Numbered from the stretch's first letter, positions 38,044 through 46,150 are shown. The stretch: DNA of 50,082 bases from Candidatus Sodaliphilus limicaballi (GCA_018065815.1 JAGHSP010000256.1:1-50082), one strand, 5' to 3'. Notes: generated by a model from the letters alone, not told the origin. Made by a program: numbers and translations.

Positions 38044-38286
38044 TCACACTGCACCCAGCGTGCAGTGCTGGCCGAAGCGCTTCACCAGGCTATAGACCTT
38101 GCGCTCACTCACATGATACCGCTCACTCAGCACGGTGACGATATAGGTCACTTTCTCCCCCCCCTCGCGCATCGACTGATAGTCGCGGTAGAGGTCGATG
38201 TATCGGCAATCATCAGGCTTGGCTCCAAACTCATGCAGCCGGTTGAGCATCTCTTTGTTGATTGATAGTGCTTCAAATAGTGTCAT
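38044..38286 (-). CDS. Small HTH protein heading the methylase/ThyA-like cluster
   Basis: LSERYHVSERKVYSLVKRF HTH-like motif. Confidence 0.7.
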   Translation of the reverse strand: MTLFEALSINKEMLNRLHEFGAKPDDCRYIDLYRDYQSMREGGEKVTYIVTVLSERYHVSERKVYSLVKRFGQHCTLGAV

Positions 38287-38311
38287 GTCAAAAATATTTT
38301 GTACCTTTGCG

Positions 38312-38441
38312 GTGCGTTACTTATTTATAAACAGAACAACCCACGTAAGGTGGCAGAAGGTATATGCCTCCAGCCTCACCTTGCGTGGGTATCTGTTATT
38401 AAGTAAGTAACGCGACTTTTGACAGGGCTGGGGGCTTTTTA
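38312..38441 (+). ncRNA. Candidate structured ncRNA (long stem plus pseudoknot)
   Basis: TACCTTTG at 38302-38309; arms 38314-38352 and 38377-38413; loop 38366-38375 pairs with 38426-38435; T run follows. Confidence 0.55.
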
Positions 38442-38457
38442 TTTGCCCCCTCCTTTG

Positions 38458-39288
38458 CTATTCTATAACCTGCACATATAGCCCAACCAGGGCACTCAGG
38501 TCATGGTACACGGGATTGCCGGTGTCTCTGATGCACAGGTAGGTCACCCCGCCCTGTGAGTAATACTTGCCCTGCTCAAGGGCCATGTTGCCACTGTAAG
38601 GAATGGGATTGTCAAGCGTGCCAAGCTCGGGCTCGCCTTCGCCCTGGGCAACGACCTCGGTAAATAATGCGGCTGCTGCCGTCGGTGTCCAGTCGGCTTG
38701 CACGGTGTGAGCCTGCAGCACTTTCCATAACCTACCGTCATAATAGAGGCGCTCGTCCACAGCAACCGTCTGACCCATCTTGCTCGCCCATGTAGGGAAC
38801 AATGCGGGAACCTCGATGGCTTGCTCATCGGGCAGGGCTGCAGTCTGACCTTTCAGCAGCTTCACAGCCTGCTGTAGCATCAACATACCGTCGGGCGTGA
38901 GCTCGCCATTGTCATGGGAGCCTTCTTCATCAGGCAAGCCGACAGGCTCAATGCCTTGCTCGGCTGCCCAAGTCATAGCCTCACGGGCGTACTGCTTGGC
39001 GGTCTTGCGCCATTCTTGTAATGCCTGGTACTCCGACAGGTGCTCAGGGTCAAAGAAGTTGTTAAGGCAGTTGTTGATCACCGCCTGCATCCGGTCCGGC
39101 GGGTAGCACTCGGTCACCAGTGCATCGACTATCGCGCTGTAACTCCACACTGCCGGAGGCAGGGTCACGCTGATCCACTCCCAGCCATCGGCGGTCGCGA
39201 TTGCGCCCACGTTTACGGTTCTTATGTTTTGCCCCATCTCTCTCCGGGTTTCCACCAACGGGGGGCAGGTCTCTCCTTGACTTCTCAT
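38458..39288 (-). CDS. Phage protein with C-terminal carbohydrate-binding-like modules (CBM5/12-like)
   Basis: YYDGRLWKVLQAHTVQADWTP and GKYYSQGGVTYLCIRD aromatic modules. Confidence 0.65.
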   Translation of the reverse strand: MRSQGETCPPLVETRREMGQNIRTVNVGAIATADGWEWISVTLPPAVWSYSAIVDALVTECYPPDRMQAVINNCLNNFFDPEHLSEYQALQEWRKTAKQYAREAMTWAAEQGIEPVGLPDEEGSHDNGELTPDGMLMLQQAVKLLKGQTAALPDEQAIEVPALFPTWASKMGQTVAVDERLYYDGRLWKVLQAHTVQADWTPTAAAALFTEVVAQGEGEPELGTLDNPIPYSGNMALEQGKYYSQGGVTYLCIRDTGNPVYHDLSALVGLYVQVIE

Positions 39289-40696
39289 ATTCTTCTAAGT
39301 CTTTTTTGATTAAATATCGTTCATAACTGTATCTCTTGCGAATCTTCACCAACGTAAAACGGCGTTTGACGTAGCAACATTGCCAGAAGTTGGGCACGTT
39401 GCGGAACATCTTCCGACGTTGGCGGTAACTATAGGCGTGCACGCAGAAACCCATGTAGGAGTTTAGGCTGCACACATGGTGCTTCAGCGCGGCAAGCGAC
39501 TCAGTGGTGGGACCCTCCTCCAGGATGTGCTTGCACAAGCGCTCGGCGCGTGCGACCTCATTGGTCATGTTGCCGATGGTGCGATTGCTGGTGTATAACC
39601 GACCGGGCTTGATCACGCTGCCAACAAACTTCACACCCTTACGCACTTCCTGCAGGTAGAACTTGTCTTTGTGCAGGGTCAGCCTCAGGTGCTTCTTGAG
39701 CCACATGGTGGCCTTCTTGCGAAGGTCAAGGATGAACTGCTTGTCGTGGCAGATGACTACGGCGTCATCGACGAAACGCACATAGCCGGCATCCTTCCAT
39801 GCACACTCCTCGAGCATGAAGCCATCAAAATACGAGAGATAGAAATTGGCGAGCAACTGGCTGGTGATGTTGCCGATGGGCATGCCCACATTGGGAGGCA
39901 TGTTGAACAGGCTCTTGCTGGCCGGCAGGGCTTCCCATAGCCGCTCGCTCGAGCGACGCTCACACAGCAGTTGGGGCTGGTGCCTGACTGTGACCTCGGT
40001 GAGCCACAGCAGGGTCTCGAGATCATCACCTTTGTAGTTCTCGCGCAGCCATGGCAGCAGAAGACGCAGCAGCACCTCTTTGTCGATGCTCATGAAGAAA
40101 CTGCTGATGTCTATCTTGCCAACCCACGCCTCACGCGTGTAACGCTCGCTCACGCGCTCGATGTGGGATTTGGCGGTCTGCACCGCACGCAGTGTGCCAT
40201 AGCCTTTTCGACAGTTGAACGATACATCGCCTTGGCTGCGGAACCGCCACTCGAGCAGCGGTTCCAGCCGCAGCGTTATCCAATGTTGCACAATGCGGTC
40301 ACGGAACGAGGCGGCGAAAATCTCGCGAAGTTTGGGCCTCGTCACCACGAAACAGAACGACTCGCTGGGCTTGTAGGTGCGCTCATGCACCTCCAGCACC
40401 AACCGCCACAGGTCGCGCTCGAACTCTATGCGGTACTCGTTGCACTGCTTCGCTGTCAGCTTGTGCCTGATACAGTCAAAATAGGCATCTATCCACCCCG
40501 ATTTCTCTTCATTACCAAGTGCGACCACCGCTCGCACACCGTTGGAATTGTTCTTATTGTTGTTGTTGTTGACGGCGCCGCTCCCTGCATTAATGTTGTA
40601 CGCGTTGGAAGCACTGAGCGATGATGCGTGCGTTACTCGTTTCCTAACTACGCCTTGCGCAGTAGCACGCCCGTTTAATAATGAAAGAGGATTCAT
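39062..40696 (-). CDS. DGR reverse transcriptase
   Basis: KLREIFAASFRDRIVQH, IDISSFFMSID, GMPIGNITSQLLANFYL (DGR-type SQ), YVRFVDD; adjacent to the TR and Avd. Confidence 0.95.
   Translation of the reverse strand: MNPLSLLNGRATAQGVVRKRVTHASSLSASNAYNINAGSGAVNNNNNKNNSNGVRAVVALGNEEKSGWIDAYFDCIRHKLTAKQCNEYRIEFERDLWRLVLEVHERTYKPSESFCFVVTRPKLREIFAASFRDRIVQHWITLRLEPLLEWRFRSQGDVSFNCRKGYGTLRAVQTAKSHIERVSERYTREAWVGKIDISSFFMSIDKEVLLRLLLPWLRENYKGDDLETLLWLTEVTVRHQPQLLCERRSSERLWEALPASKSLFNMPPNVGMPIGNITSQLLANFYLSYFDGFMLEECAWKDAGYVRFVDDAVVICHDKQFILDLRKKATMWLKKHLRLTLHKDKFYLQEVRKGVKFVGSVIKPGRLYTSNRTIGNMTNEVARAERLCKHILEEGPTTESLAALKHHVCSLNSYMGFCVHAYSYRQRRKMFRNVPNFWQCCYVKRRFTLVKIRKRYSYERYLIKKDLEEYEKSRRDLPPVGGNPERDGAKHKNRKRGRNRDRRWLGVDQRDPASGSVELQRDSRCTGDRVLPAGPDAGGDQQLP
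40521..40617 (-). repeat. DGR template repeat (TR)
   Basis: AAC-rich (11 AAY codons, 30 adenines); matches VR 10202-10298 except at adenines. Confidence 0.97.
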
Positions 40697-40723
40697 AACA
40701 ACCGTAATCGCTATGAATGTCTG

Positions 40724-41209
40724 TTACCGCGACCCTTCCACATCGTCAAAGAGGGTGCGCTGCCTGGGCTCGGCCTGAGCCTGGGGCTCCGGCTTTTGCT
40801 CGGGCAACACGGCAGCCGGTTGCTCGGCAGCCTGGCGCTCCTCGGCGATGAGGTACTTGGTCTTGCGAAGCCATTTTCCAGCCTGGTCAGATATGGAATT
40901 CATCATGTCCAGCATCTGGGCATGCTGGCCGTGGCTCAAAATGTCACGACGGACACGGTGCATGAGCCTGAACGTGGTCTTGACCGACGTCATGCGCATC
41001 ACCAGACCGTTGAGACACTCGAGACGCTCCAGCCTGTCCTCAGTCTGGAAGGCGAGAACAACAAAATCCAGCGACTCTTTCAAGTCGCGGACAAGCAGCC
41101 CGCCAAGCTCCCTCCACGATACGGACTTGGGCAAACGGTCGGCCACCGGAATGGTCCACTCCAGCAACCGCTCGATTTCCCTGTAAATAGATGCCTGGTT
41201 TGGTTTCAT
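40724..41209 (-). CDS. avd: Avd-like accessory variability determinant (four-helix bundle)
   Basis: 161-aa helical protein (IYREIERL...RLPKS...ISDQAGKW) directly upstream of TR-RT. Confidence 0.8.
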   Translation of the reverse strand: MKPNQASIYREIERLLEWTIPVADRLPKSVSWRELGGLLVRDLKESLDFVVLAFQTEDRLERLECLNGLVMRMTSVKTTFRLMHRVRRDILSHGQHAQMLDMMNSISDQAGKWLRKTKYLIAEERQAAEQPAAVLPEQKPEPQAQAEPRQRTLFDDVEGSR

Positions 41210-41214
41210 GGCTG

Positions 41215-41245
41215 CAAAGTTACGGATTTTATCGCTAACTGCAAA
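41215..41245 (-). promoter_or_regulatory. Consensus primary-sigma promoter for avd-TR-RT
   Basis: TTTG-N19-TAACTTTG, ending 5 nt before the avd ATG. Confidence 0.75.
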
Positions 41246-41247
41246 CT

Positions 41248-41667
41248 TCACACACTCCACTCGCCACTGTAGGCGAAGTGCTCGATGCTCTCAACGATGT
41301 CCTCGTGGTTGTGGTTGGTGTCACTGCCCACAAGGCGCAACGCGCCGAAGTGCTCACCGCTCAAGCCGACCACAGCGCGGCACACGGTCTCGCACAGGTC
41401 AAACACGTCAAGCGACTCGTCGCCCTGGCTCAGCGGTCCCACCCAATCGGTGACAATGTGCAGCCGGAGCGTCCCCTGGGTGTGATACCCGCCTTTGTCG
41501 GCACGCCACTCAATGGGGGCGAACTCGACAAACACAGCCGGGCGGTCCCAGGCCTCTTCCTGCTCGATGAACTCGACATTGTGGTTCCATAGGTCAACAT
41601 GCTTGACCGGGGCGCCGTCGATGCCCAGCAACGCGGCGCAGATGGCTCTGTAAATCTCTTTTCTCAT
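41248..41667 (-). CDS. Tail completion/terminator-like protein (Mu gp37-like)
   Basis: HVDLWN, PAVFVEF and LRLHIVTD pattern; follows the gpG-like gene. Confidence 0.55.
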   Translation of the reverse strand: MRKEIYRAICAALLGIDGAPVKHVDLWNHNVEFIEQEEAWDRPAVFVEFAPIEWRADKGGYHTQGTLRLHIVTDWVGPLSQGDESLDVFDLCETVCRAVVGLSGEHFGALRLVGSDTNHNHEDIVESIEHFAYSGEWSV

Positions 41668-42215
41668 TGTAAATTGTATTCGTGCTCGAAATATTCTGTC
41701 AGGTTCTCTTCGATGATGTCACGCACGGCTTTCTCGACCTCGGGACTGGCACCCAGGAACTGGCGCTTGGGGATCTTGATGCTCTTGCCTTCTTTCATCA
41801 GGGCCATCCACTTCCAGAACTCGGCCTCGGTGCTCAGTTGAACGGTTCGCTTGTCATTGCGGCGCTGGCCGTTTTTCTTGCGGCCGAAAGAGCCGGTGGC
41901 CTCGTAGTATTTGTGCCAGAAGTAACGCTTCATCTTGCGGGTCACCTTGATCTCTCCGCCCTCGTTATGGATGGCAGCGTATGGCAGCGTGCTCTGGAAC
42001 ACGATGCCGGTGCTGTCGGCCTTGCTGCTGATGCTGCGGCGCAAGCCGCCGGTGTCAACCAGGATGTGACCGCCTGGACGGGTCGGTGACTTGCGGCGCT
42101 GCCACGACTGCGAAAAGAAGCCCTGCCGCTCGAAGTTCTTGTCAAACTCGTCGCCAAGTTCAACCTGGATGTCACGCAGGATGCGCTTGATGATGATGTC
42201 AATACCGCCGCTCAT
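41664..42215 (-). CDS. Virion morphogenesis protein (Mu gpG-like)
   Basis: ILVDTGGLRRSI, YAAIHNEGG, IPKRQFLG. Confidence 0.85.
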   Translation of the reverse strand: MSGGIDIIIKRILRDIQVELGDEFDKNFERQGFFSQSWQRRKSPTRPGGHILVDTGGLRRSISSKADSTGIVFQSTLPYAAIHNEGGEIKVTRKMKRYFWHKYYEATGSFGRKKNGQRRNDKRTVQLSTEAEFWKWMALMKEGKSIKIPKRQFLGASPEVEKAVRDIIEENLTEYFEHEYNLQ

Positions 42216-42217
42216 GG

Positions 42218-42442
42218 CTATTCAAATTGAATATATAACTGGGTGTCCTCGGGCAAGTCGTTCTTGGGGTCGGCACTCGCCTTGAGCAGATTGTAGAAGG
42301 TGCGCTCGCTGATGGCGTAGATGGGATAGATGAAACGCCGCCAGATCTCCCTGTTGGGCAACCCGTCCTTGACGTGCTCATCATATATCCGGTTGATGTC
42401 CGCCACGCGCTTCTGATAACTCACACCTCGTCTCACTGCCAT
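42218..42442 (-). CDS. Small HTH protein, candidate late-gene activator
   Basis: IYAISERTFYNLLK; TATCTTTG -7 box at 42447-42454. Confidence 0.6.
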   Translation of the reverse strand: MAVRRGVSYQKRVADINRIYDEHVKDGLPNREIWRRFIYPIYAISERTFYNLLKASADPKNDLPEDTQLYIQFE

Positions 42443-42541
42443 ACTGCAAAGATAATGTTTTTTGACGTAACCACAATGAAAAATGGGTGGCAAACTGCTG
42501 ATTTACCGCCCATTACTTAACACAGTTAAAGGTTTACGCCC

Positions 42542-43060
42542 TTATTCGGTCTCTTCCTTCTTGGGATCAACATAGAAGGTCTCGTCCTGGACTACCTGGA
42601 TGCCACACTTGGCCATCTTCTCCGTCATGCCTTCCTCGTCACGGTCAGCGAGCAGTTTGTCCTTGGCGACCTCCTCGCTGGTACGGATGAACGAGGGCAG
42701 GAACTCCTTCACCAGGTTTACCGCGCTGGCCCACGTGAAGCCTTTAAGGGTCTTCAACTTGGGGGTGCCGGTGCGGAAACCGATGGTGCCGTGGGTCATG
42801 TCGAGGCTCTTCTTCTTGGTGAACAGTTCTGCCTGGTTCTCGGTGGCGAACGCCTGAAGGGTGTCAAAGGCCTGGTCTCGTTCCTCGGCGAGACTGGAGA
42901 GACGGTCGGCGTGCTTCTCGCGGATCTTGGCACATGCCAACTCAATCTCGGCGTTAATCTTGTTGATCTGGGCATCGGCCTTGGCATACTGGCCAAAGGC
43001 TGACTCGGCGGCCTCACGGGTCACGCCGCTGATGATGGTCTTTTTCTTTCTTGTTGCCAT
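42542..43060 (-). CDS. gam: Mu Gam-like host-nuclease inhibitor
   Basis: Coiled coil followed by KKSLDMTHGTIGFRTGTPKL and VVQDETFY. Confidence 0.8.
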   Translation of the reverse strand: MATRKKKTIISGVTREAAESAFGQYAKADAQINKINAEIELACAKIREKHADRLSSLAEERDQAFDTLQAFATENQAELFTKKKSLDMTHGTIGFRTGTPKLKTLKGFTWASAVNLVKEFLPSFIRTSEEVAKDKLLADRDEEGMTEKMAKCGIQVVQDETFYVDPKKEETE

Positions 43061-43084
43061 TGTAATTGATAATTAAGTTTGTTA

Positions 43085-43243
43085 CTAATCTTCAAGGGGG
43101 TTGGGGCCATAGCCTTGCATCCATTCCAAGGCTGCTTTGACGCCTTGCTCAAATGTCATGCCGGGCCATCGGCTGGCTCCCTCTTCCTCGCTCTCTACGC
43201 ACTGGTTGAGCACGTTGTCGATTTCTTCATCTGTTGGTCTCAT
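43085..43243 (-). CDS. 52-aa acidic protein, not in the ORF track
   Basis: MRPTDEEIDNVLNQ...WPGMTFEQGVKAALEWMQGYGPNPLED* fills the gap in the early operon. Confidence 0.6.
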   Translation of the reverse strand: MRPTDEEIDNVLNQCVESEEEGASRWPGMTFEQGVKAALEWMQGYGPNPLED

Positions 43244-43260
43244 TTCGTTGTGTTTGATGT

Positions 43261-43668
43261 TTAACTTTCGTTCTCGCGCTTGTGGTTGATGGCTCGCATC
43301 TTGCGCGTCAATGCGGCCAATTCTTCAAAGTCAAGGTCGCGGAAAGGCTTGCCTGCTATGCGAGGATCTTGGCAAAACTGGTTCACACGGTTCCAGTCAG
43401 TGGTATCAACACCATACTTCTGCAACTGGTGCAGGGCACTCGATCGCAGGCGTTTCTGCTCGGATTGCCACTTCTCTCGACCTCGTGGGTCAACGATGCG
43501 CTCAAGGGCCTCGCACATCTCAACATACTCTCGCTCGGTCATCTCGTGCAGGTGCTCAGTCCTGCCCCATGTCCATTGGCTCACGAGTTGGCACTTGTGG
43601 CCATCGGGATCGCTACCGTGGTGCATCTTGTTGAACACGGCATAAAACCGTCGGAACCCTCTGCTCAT
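43261..43668 (-). CDS. GemA/gp16-like early protein
   Basis: GRTEHLHEMTEREY motif; position in the early operon. Confidence 0.5.
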   Translation of the reverse strand: MSRGFRRFYAVFNKMHHGSDPDGHKCQLVSQWTWGRTEHLHEMTEREYVEMCEALERIVDPRGREKWQSEQKRLRSSALHQLQKYGVDTTDWNRVNQFCQDPRIAGKPFRDLDFEELAALTRKMRAINHKRENES

Positions 43669-43931
43669 AACTGCGCGCGATGCTGGTTGGTGCAATAATC
43701 GCGGTAAACCTCGCGGCAGTCCTCAAGGGTTTCAAGGATGGTAGCGCCGTCGCTGTACACGAGGGGCACTCCGTTGTAGGTCACATACAGGCCACCATTG
43801 TACTCGGCCACCTGAACCTTGCGCTCGGCATCTGCATCGATCTCCCGCCCGAGGCGTTCAAGACGCGCACGTTTGCGAGCCAGCCATCGGTCGCTCAGCC
43901 ATTGCTTCAGTTGTAGGATCATTGTTCTCAT
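43665..43931 (-). CDS. Hypothetical early protein
   Basis: Coupled ORF in the early operon. Confidence 0.5.
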   Translation of the reverse strand: MRTMILQLKQWLSDRWLARKRARLERLGREIDADAERKVQVAEYNGGLYVTYNGVPLVYSDGATILETLEDCREVYRDYCTNQHRAQL

Positions 43932-44094
43932 TGTTCTTGTTGTTTCTGGTTTCACTTAATCTGATTCTTGCCGGGACCACACCCCCCATGTCACATACCA
44001 GGCAGCACTCGCCGCTGGCTTTGACCGGCCACGGGTTGTTACCCCGGCCGCTTACCTTCTGGCCGCAGATGCAGCACCGGAACTCATGCACCAT
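43858..44094 (-). CDS. Small zinc-finger protein
   Basis: CCICG...GNNPWP...CCLVC. Confidence 0.55.
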   Translation of the reverse strand: MVHEFRCCICGQKVSGRGNNPWPVKASGECCLVCDMGGVVPARIRLSETRNNKNNENNDPTTEAMAERPMAGSQTCAS

Positions 44095-44332
44095 CGCTGC
44101 CCTCCCTCTTGCTAGGTTTCCACTCGATGGTCACGAAGGCATCGACCTCGCCGCTGCCTTTGCACAGGGGGCACTCGCACTTGGTGCGGCGTCCATACTG
44201 GTCACTACCCCAAAAGAAACCATTACCGCTGCAGTAGTTGCACAAGTGGCCACGACTGGCGAGGGTCTCTTTGCTGCCGGGACGGAAATGGTCGGGGTGA
44301 CGCAGTTCAATCATTCTTGTCGTTTTGCTCAT
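44084..44332 (-). CDS. Small DnaJ-type zinc-finger protein
   Basis: CNYCSGNG and CPLCKGSG motifs. Confidence 0.7.
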   Translation of the reverse strand: MSKTTRMIELRHPDHFRPGSKETLASRGHLCNYCSGNGFFWGSDQYGRRTKCECPLCKGSGEVDAFVTIEWKPSKREGSDGA

Positions 44333-44990
44333 TGTTCTCTGTTTTTTGTTGGTGAATATCTGTGTTCTCTTTGCCAAGCCAATATTTGGCGGCACCTTCT
44401 TCCCACACGGTGAACGGGACACCGGGACGGTCCATGTAGCGGCTCTTGCAGGAGGCGCGGAAGCCCTCGACCAGGATCTTGATATCGGCATCATACTCGA
44501 CCTTCTTGGCGGCACGGCCTGCCGGACGCATGCCCTCGGCATGGCTCACAAAGATGAGCAGTTTGCCGGGCAGGGCTTCTTTCAAGGACTGGTACCCCTT
44601 GTAAGTGAGACCGCTGTACTGGAAACTGTCGATAATGGCGATGCCGGCGCTCTTGCGCTTGCGCAACCGCTCTATCAACTGCTCCACGCTCTCACGGTCC
44701 AGAACCTGGAAGCGGCGGTTGACCTCTTCCATGCGGTGACGGCGCATCGACATCTGCACACTCAGGCTGGTGCTCTCCTCCAGGCTGTCATAGACCACCT
44801 TGTCAAACTGGCACAGGTACTTGGCAAGCTGCATCACAAAACTGGTCTTGCCGTTGCCGGGGTTGCCCCAAATCAACCACGTACCACTCTTGGCGGGCTT
44901 GCCCATCGACGCCTCCCAGGCTCCGTCAAACTCAAGCCTGGGTATTCGCATGTTCAATATCTCGGTGGGACTGTAGGCGCGTTTCTTCAT
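44307..44990 (-). CDS. RecA/RadA-like P-loop ATPase
   Basis: GNPGNGKT Walker A, IIDSFQ Walker B. Confidence 0.8.
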   Translation of the reverse strand: MKKRAYSPTEILNMRIPRLEFDGAWEASMGKPAKSGTWLIWGNPGNGKTSFVMQLAKYLCQFDKVVYDSLEESTSLSVQMSMRRHRMEEVNRRFQVLDRESVEQLIERLRKRKSAGIAIIDSFQYSGLTYKGYQSLKEALPGKLLIFVSHAEGMRPAGRAAKKVEYDADIKILVEGFRASCKSRYMDRPGVPFTVWEEGAAKYWLGKENTDIHQQKTENNEQNDKND

Positions 44991-45232
44991 TTTCTGCTCT
45001 TTTTAAGTTCGGCTATCAGGGCATCGGCATAACGCACGGCCGACTCACACACCAACTGGCAAACTTTGCCGTCGGTGAGCAAGGTGCTGCCGTCGATATT
45101 CTCAAACAGGGTGGGCAACATCCGCATGGCGACATCAAGACGGCAACGGTCGTTTGCAAGGTCATTGGCGTCGCGCATCTCATGGTGGATGCCGATAAGG
45201 GCATTCATGGCCTGCATCTCAATCTGGGTCAT
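44987..45232 (-). CDS. Hypothetical early protein
   Basis: 81 aa ending AVRYADALIAELKK; overlaps both neighbours by 4 nt. Confidence 0.65.
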   Translation of the reverse strand: MTQIEMQAMNALIGIHHEMRDANDLANDRCRLDVAMRMLPTLFENIDGSTLLTDGKVCQLVCESAVRYADALIAELKKSRK

Positions 45233-46113
45233 GACGCACCTCCTTTCCTGATCTTCTCAATCTCGGTATAAATGCGGCGCAAACCGCCACCACTCAACGT
45301 CACGAGCTGGGCGATGTTAACGCCCTCGGGGGCGTTGACCTGGGCCACCATGGCGGCCTGGGCCTTGAGGAACTTCTGGCGCTCTTTCGCATCGGCAGGG
45401 GTGACTTTGCTGAATGTGTCACCGAAGCGGCTCAGCATCTCGGTATAGCCCACTTTCTTGCCCTCTATGGCACGGACTATCTTCTCCTGCAGGCCATCTG
45501 CTCCCATCATGTACCAACCGCAAGCGTGCTCGGTGGCATTCCACAAGGCTTTCAATTCAAGGAAGGCCTCATACTGCAGGTCGCCGGCCTCGTCCAGTAT
45601 CACTATCGGGGTGTCAATGGTGCGAAGGTAGGCGACAAGGTCTTCATACACGTCACCATACCGACCATTGCTGCTCACGCCGAACTCCTTGGCAATCTTG
45701 CGCACGAGTTTGAGTTTGGTCTTGACCTGGCTGCAGTCGATATACACGGCGTGCCTGTGGGTCTTGACGTATGCGCGGGCGGTGAAGGTCTTGCCGATGT
45801 TGGGAATGTCGCACATGATCGCGCTCAGGCTTCCCTGCTGGCAGGTCTCGAGTTGGGTGGTGATGAATACCCAGGTAGGGGTCTGTGCGGCGGCCCACGC
45901 CATTTCCTGACGCAACACCACACCGAGGCGGCGGGCTATGCCCACCCAGTTGGCGTCACTCACTTGTCTCTCGTAGTTGCCCTTCTTGATGGCGTTGTAA
46001 ACGCTGGGGGCAATGCCCAGGGCGACGGCATGCTTCGCGTCGCTGGGGTAATTCTCGCGGTCGGCGGCTATGGCCGACGCTATACGGCTTTTGATTTCTA
46101 CGGTTATCTCCAT
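45229..46113 (-). CDS. MuB-like AAA+ transposition ATPase
   Basis: N-terminal HTH, PNIGKT, ILDEAGDL; follows the transposase. Confidence 0.85.
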   Translation of the reverse strand: MEITVEIKSRIASAIAADRENYPSDAKHAVALGIAPSVYNAIKKGNYERQVSDANWVGIARRLGVVLRQEMAWAAAQTPTWVFITTQLETCQQGSLSAIMCDIPNIGKTFTARAYVKTHRHAVYIDCSQVKTKLKLVRKIAKEFGVSSNGRYGDVYEDLVAYLRTIDTPIVILDEAGDLQYEAFLELKALWNATEHACGWYMMGADGLQEKIVRAIEGKKVGYTEMLSRFGDTFSKVTPADAKERQKFLKAQAAMVAQVNAPEGVNIAQLVTLSGGGLRRIYTEIEKIRKGGAS

Positions 46114-46150
46114 TGTTCTAATCTGTTTTGAATGTCGTTATAATTTTGTT

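Noticed and set aside
16416-39288. A second VR in another gene
   Set aside because: No further TR-like sequence seen by eye; an alignment is needed to exclude a diverged copy
39062-40696. RT as group II intron, retron or Abi RT
   Set aside because: The SQ motif, adjacent Avd and an adenine-specific TR/VR pair identify a DGR; no intron domain V or maturase/endonuclease region recognised
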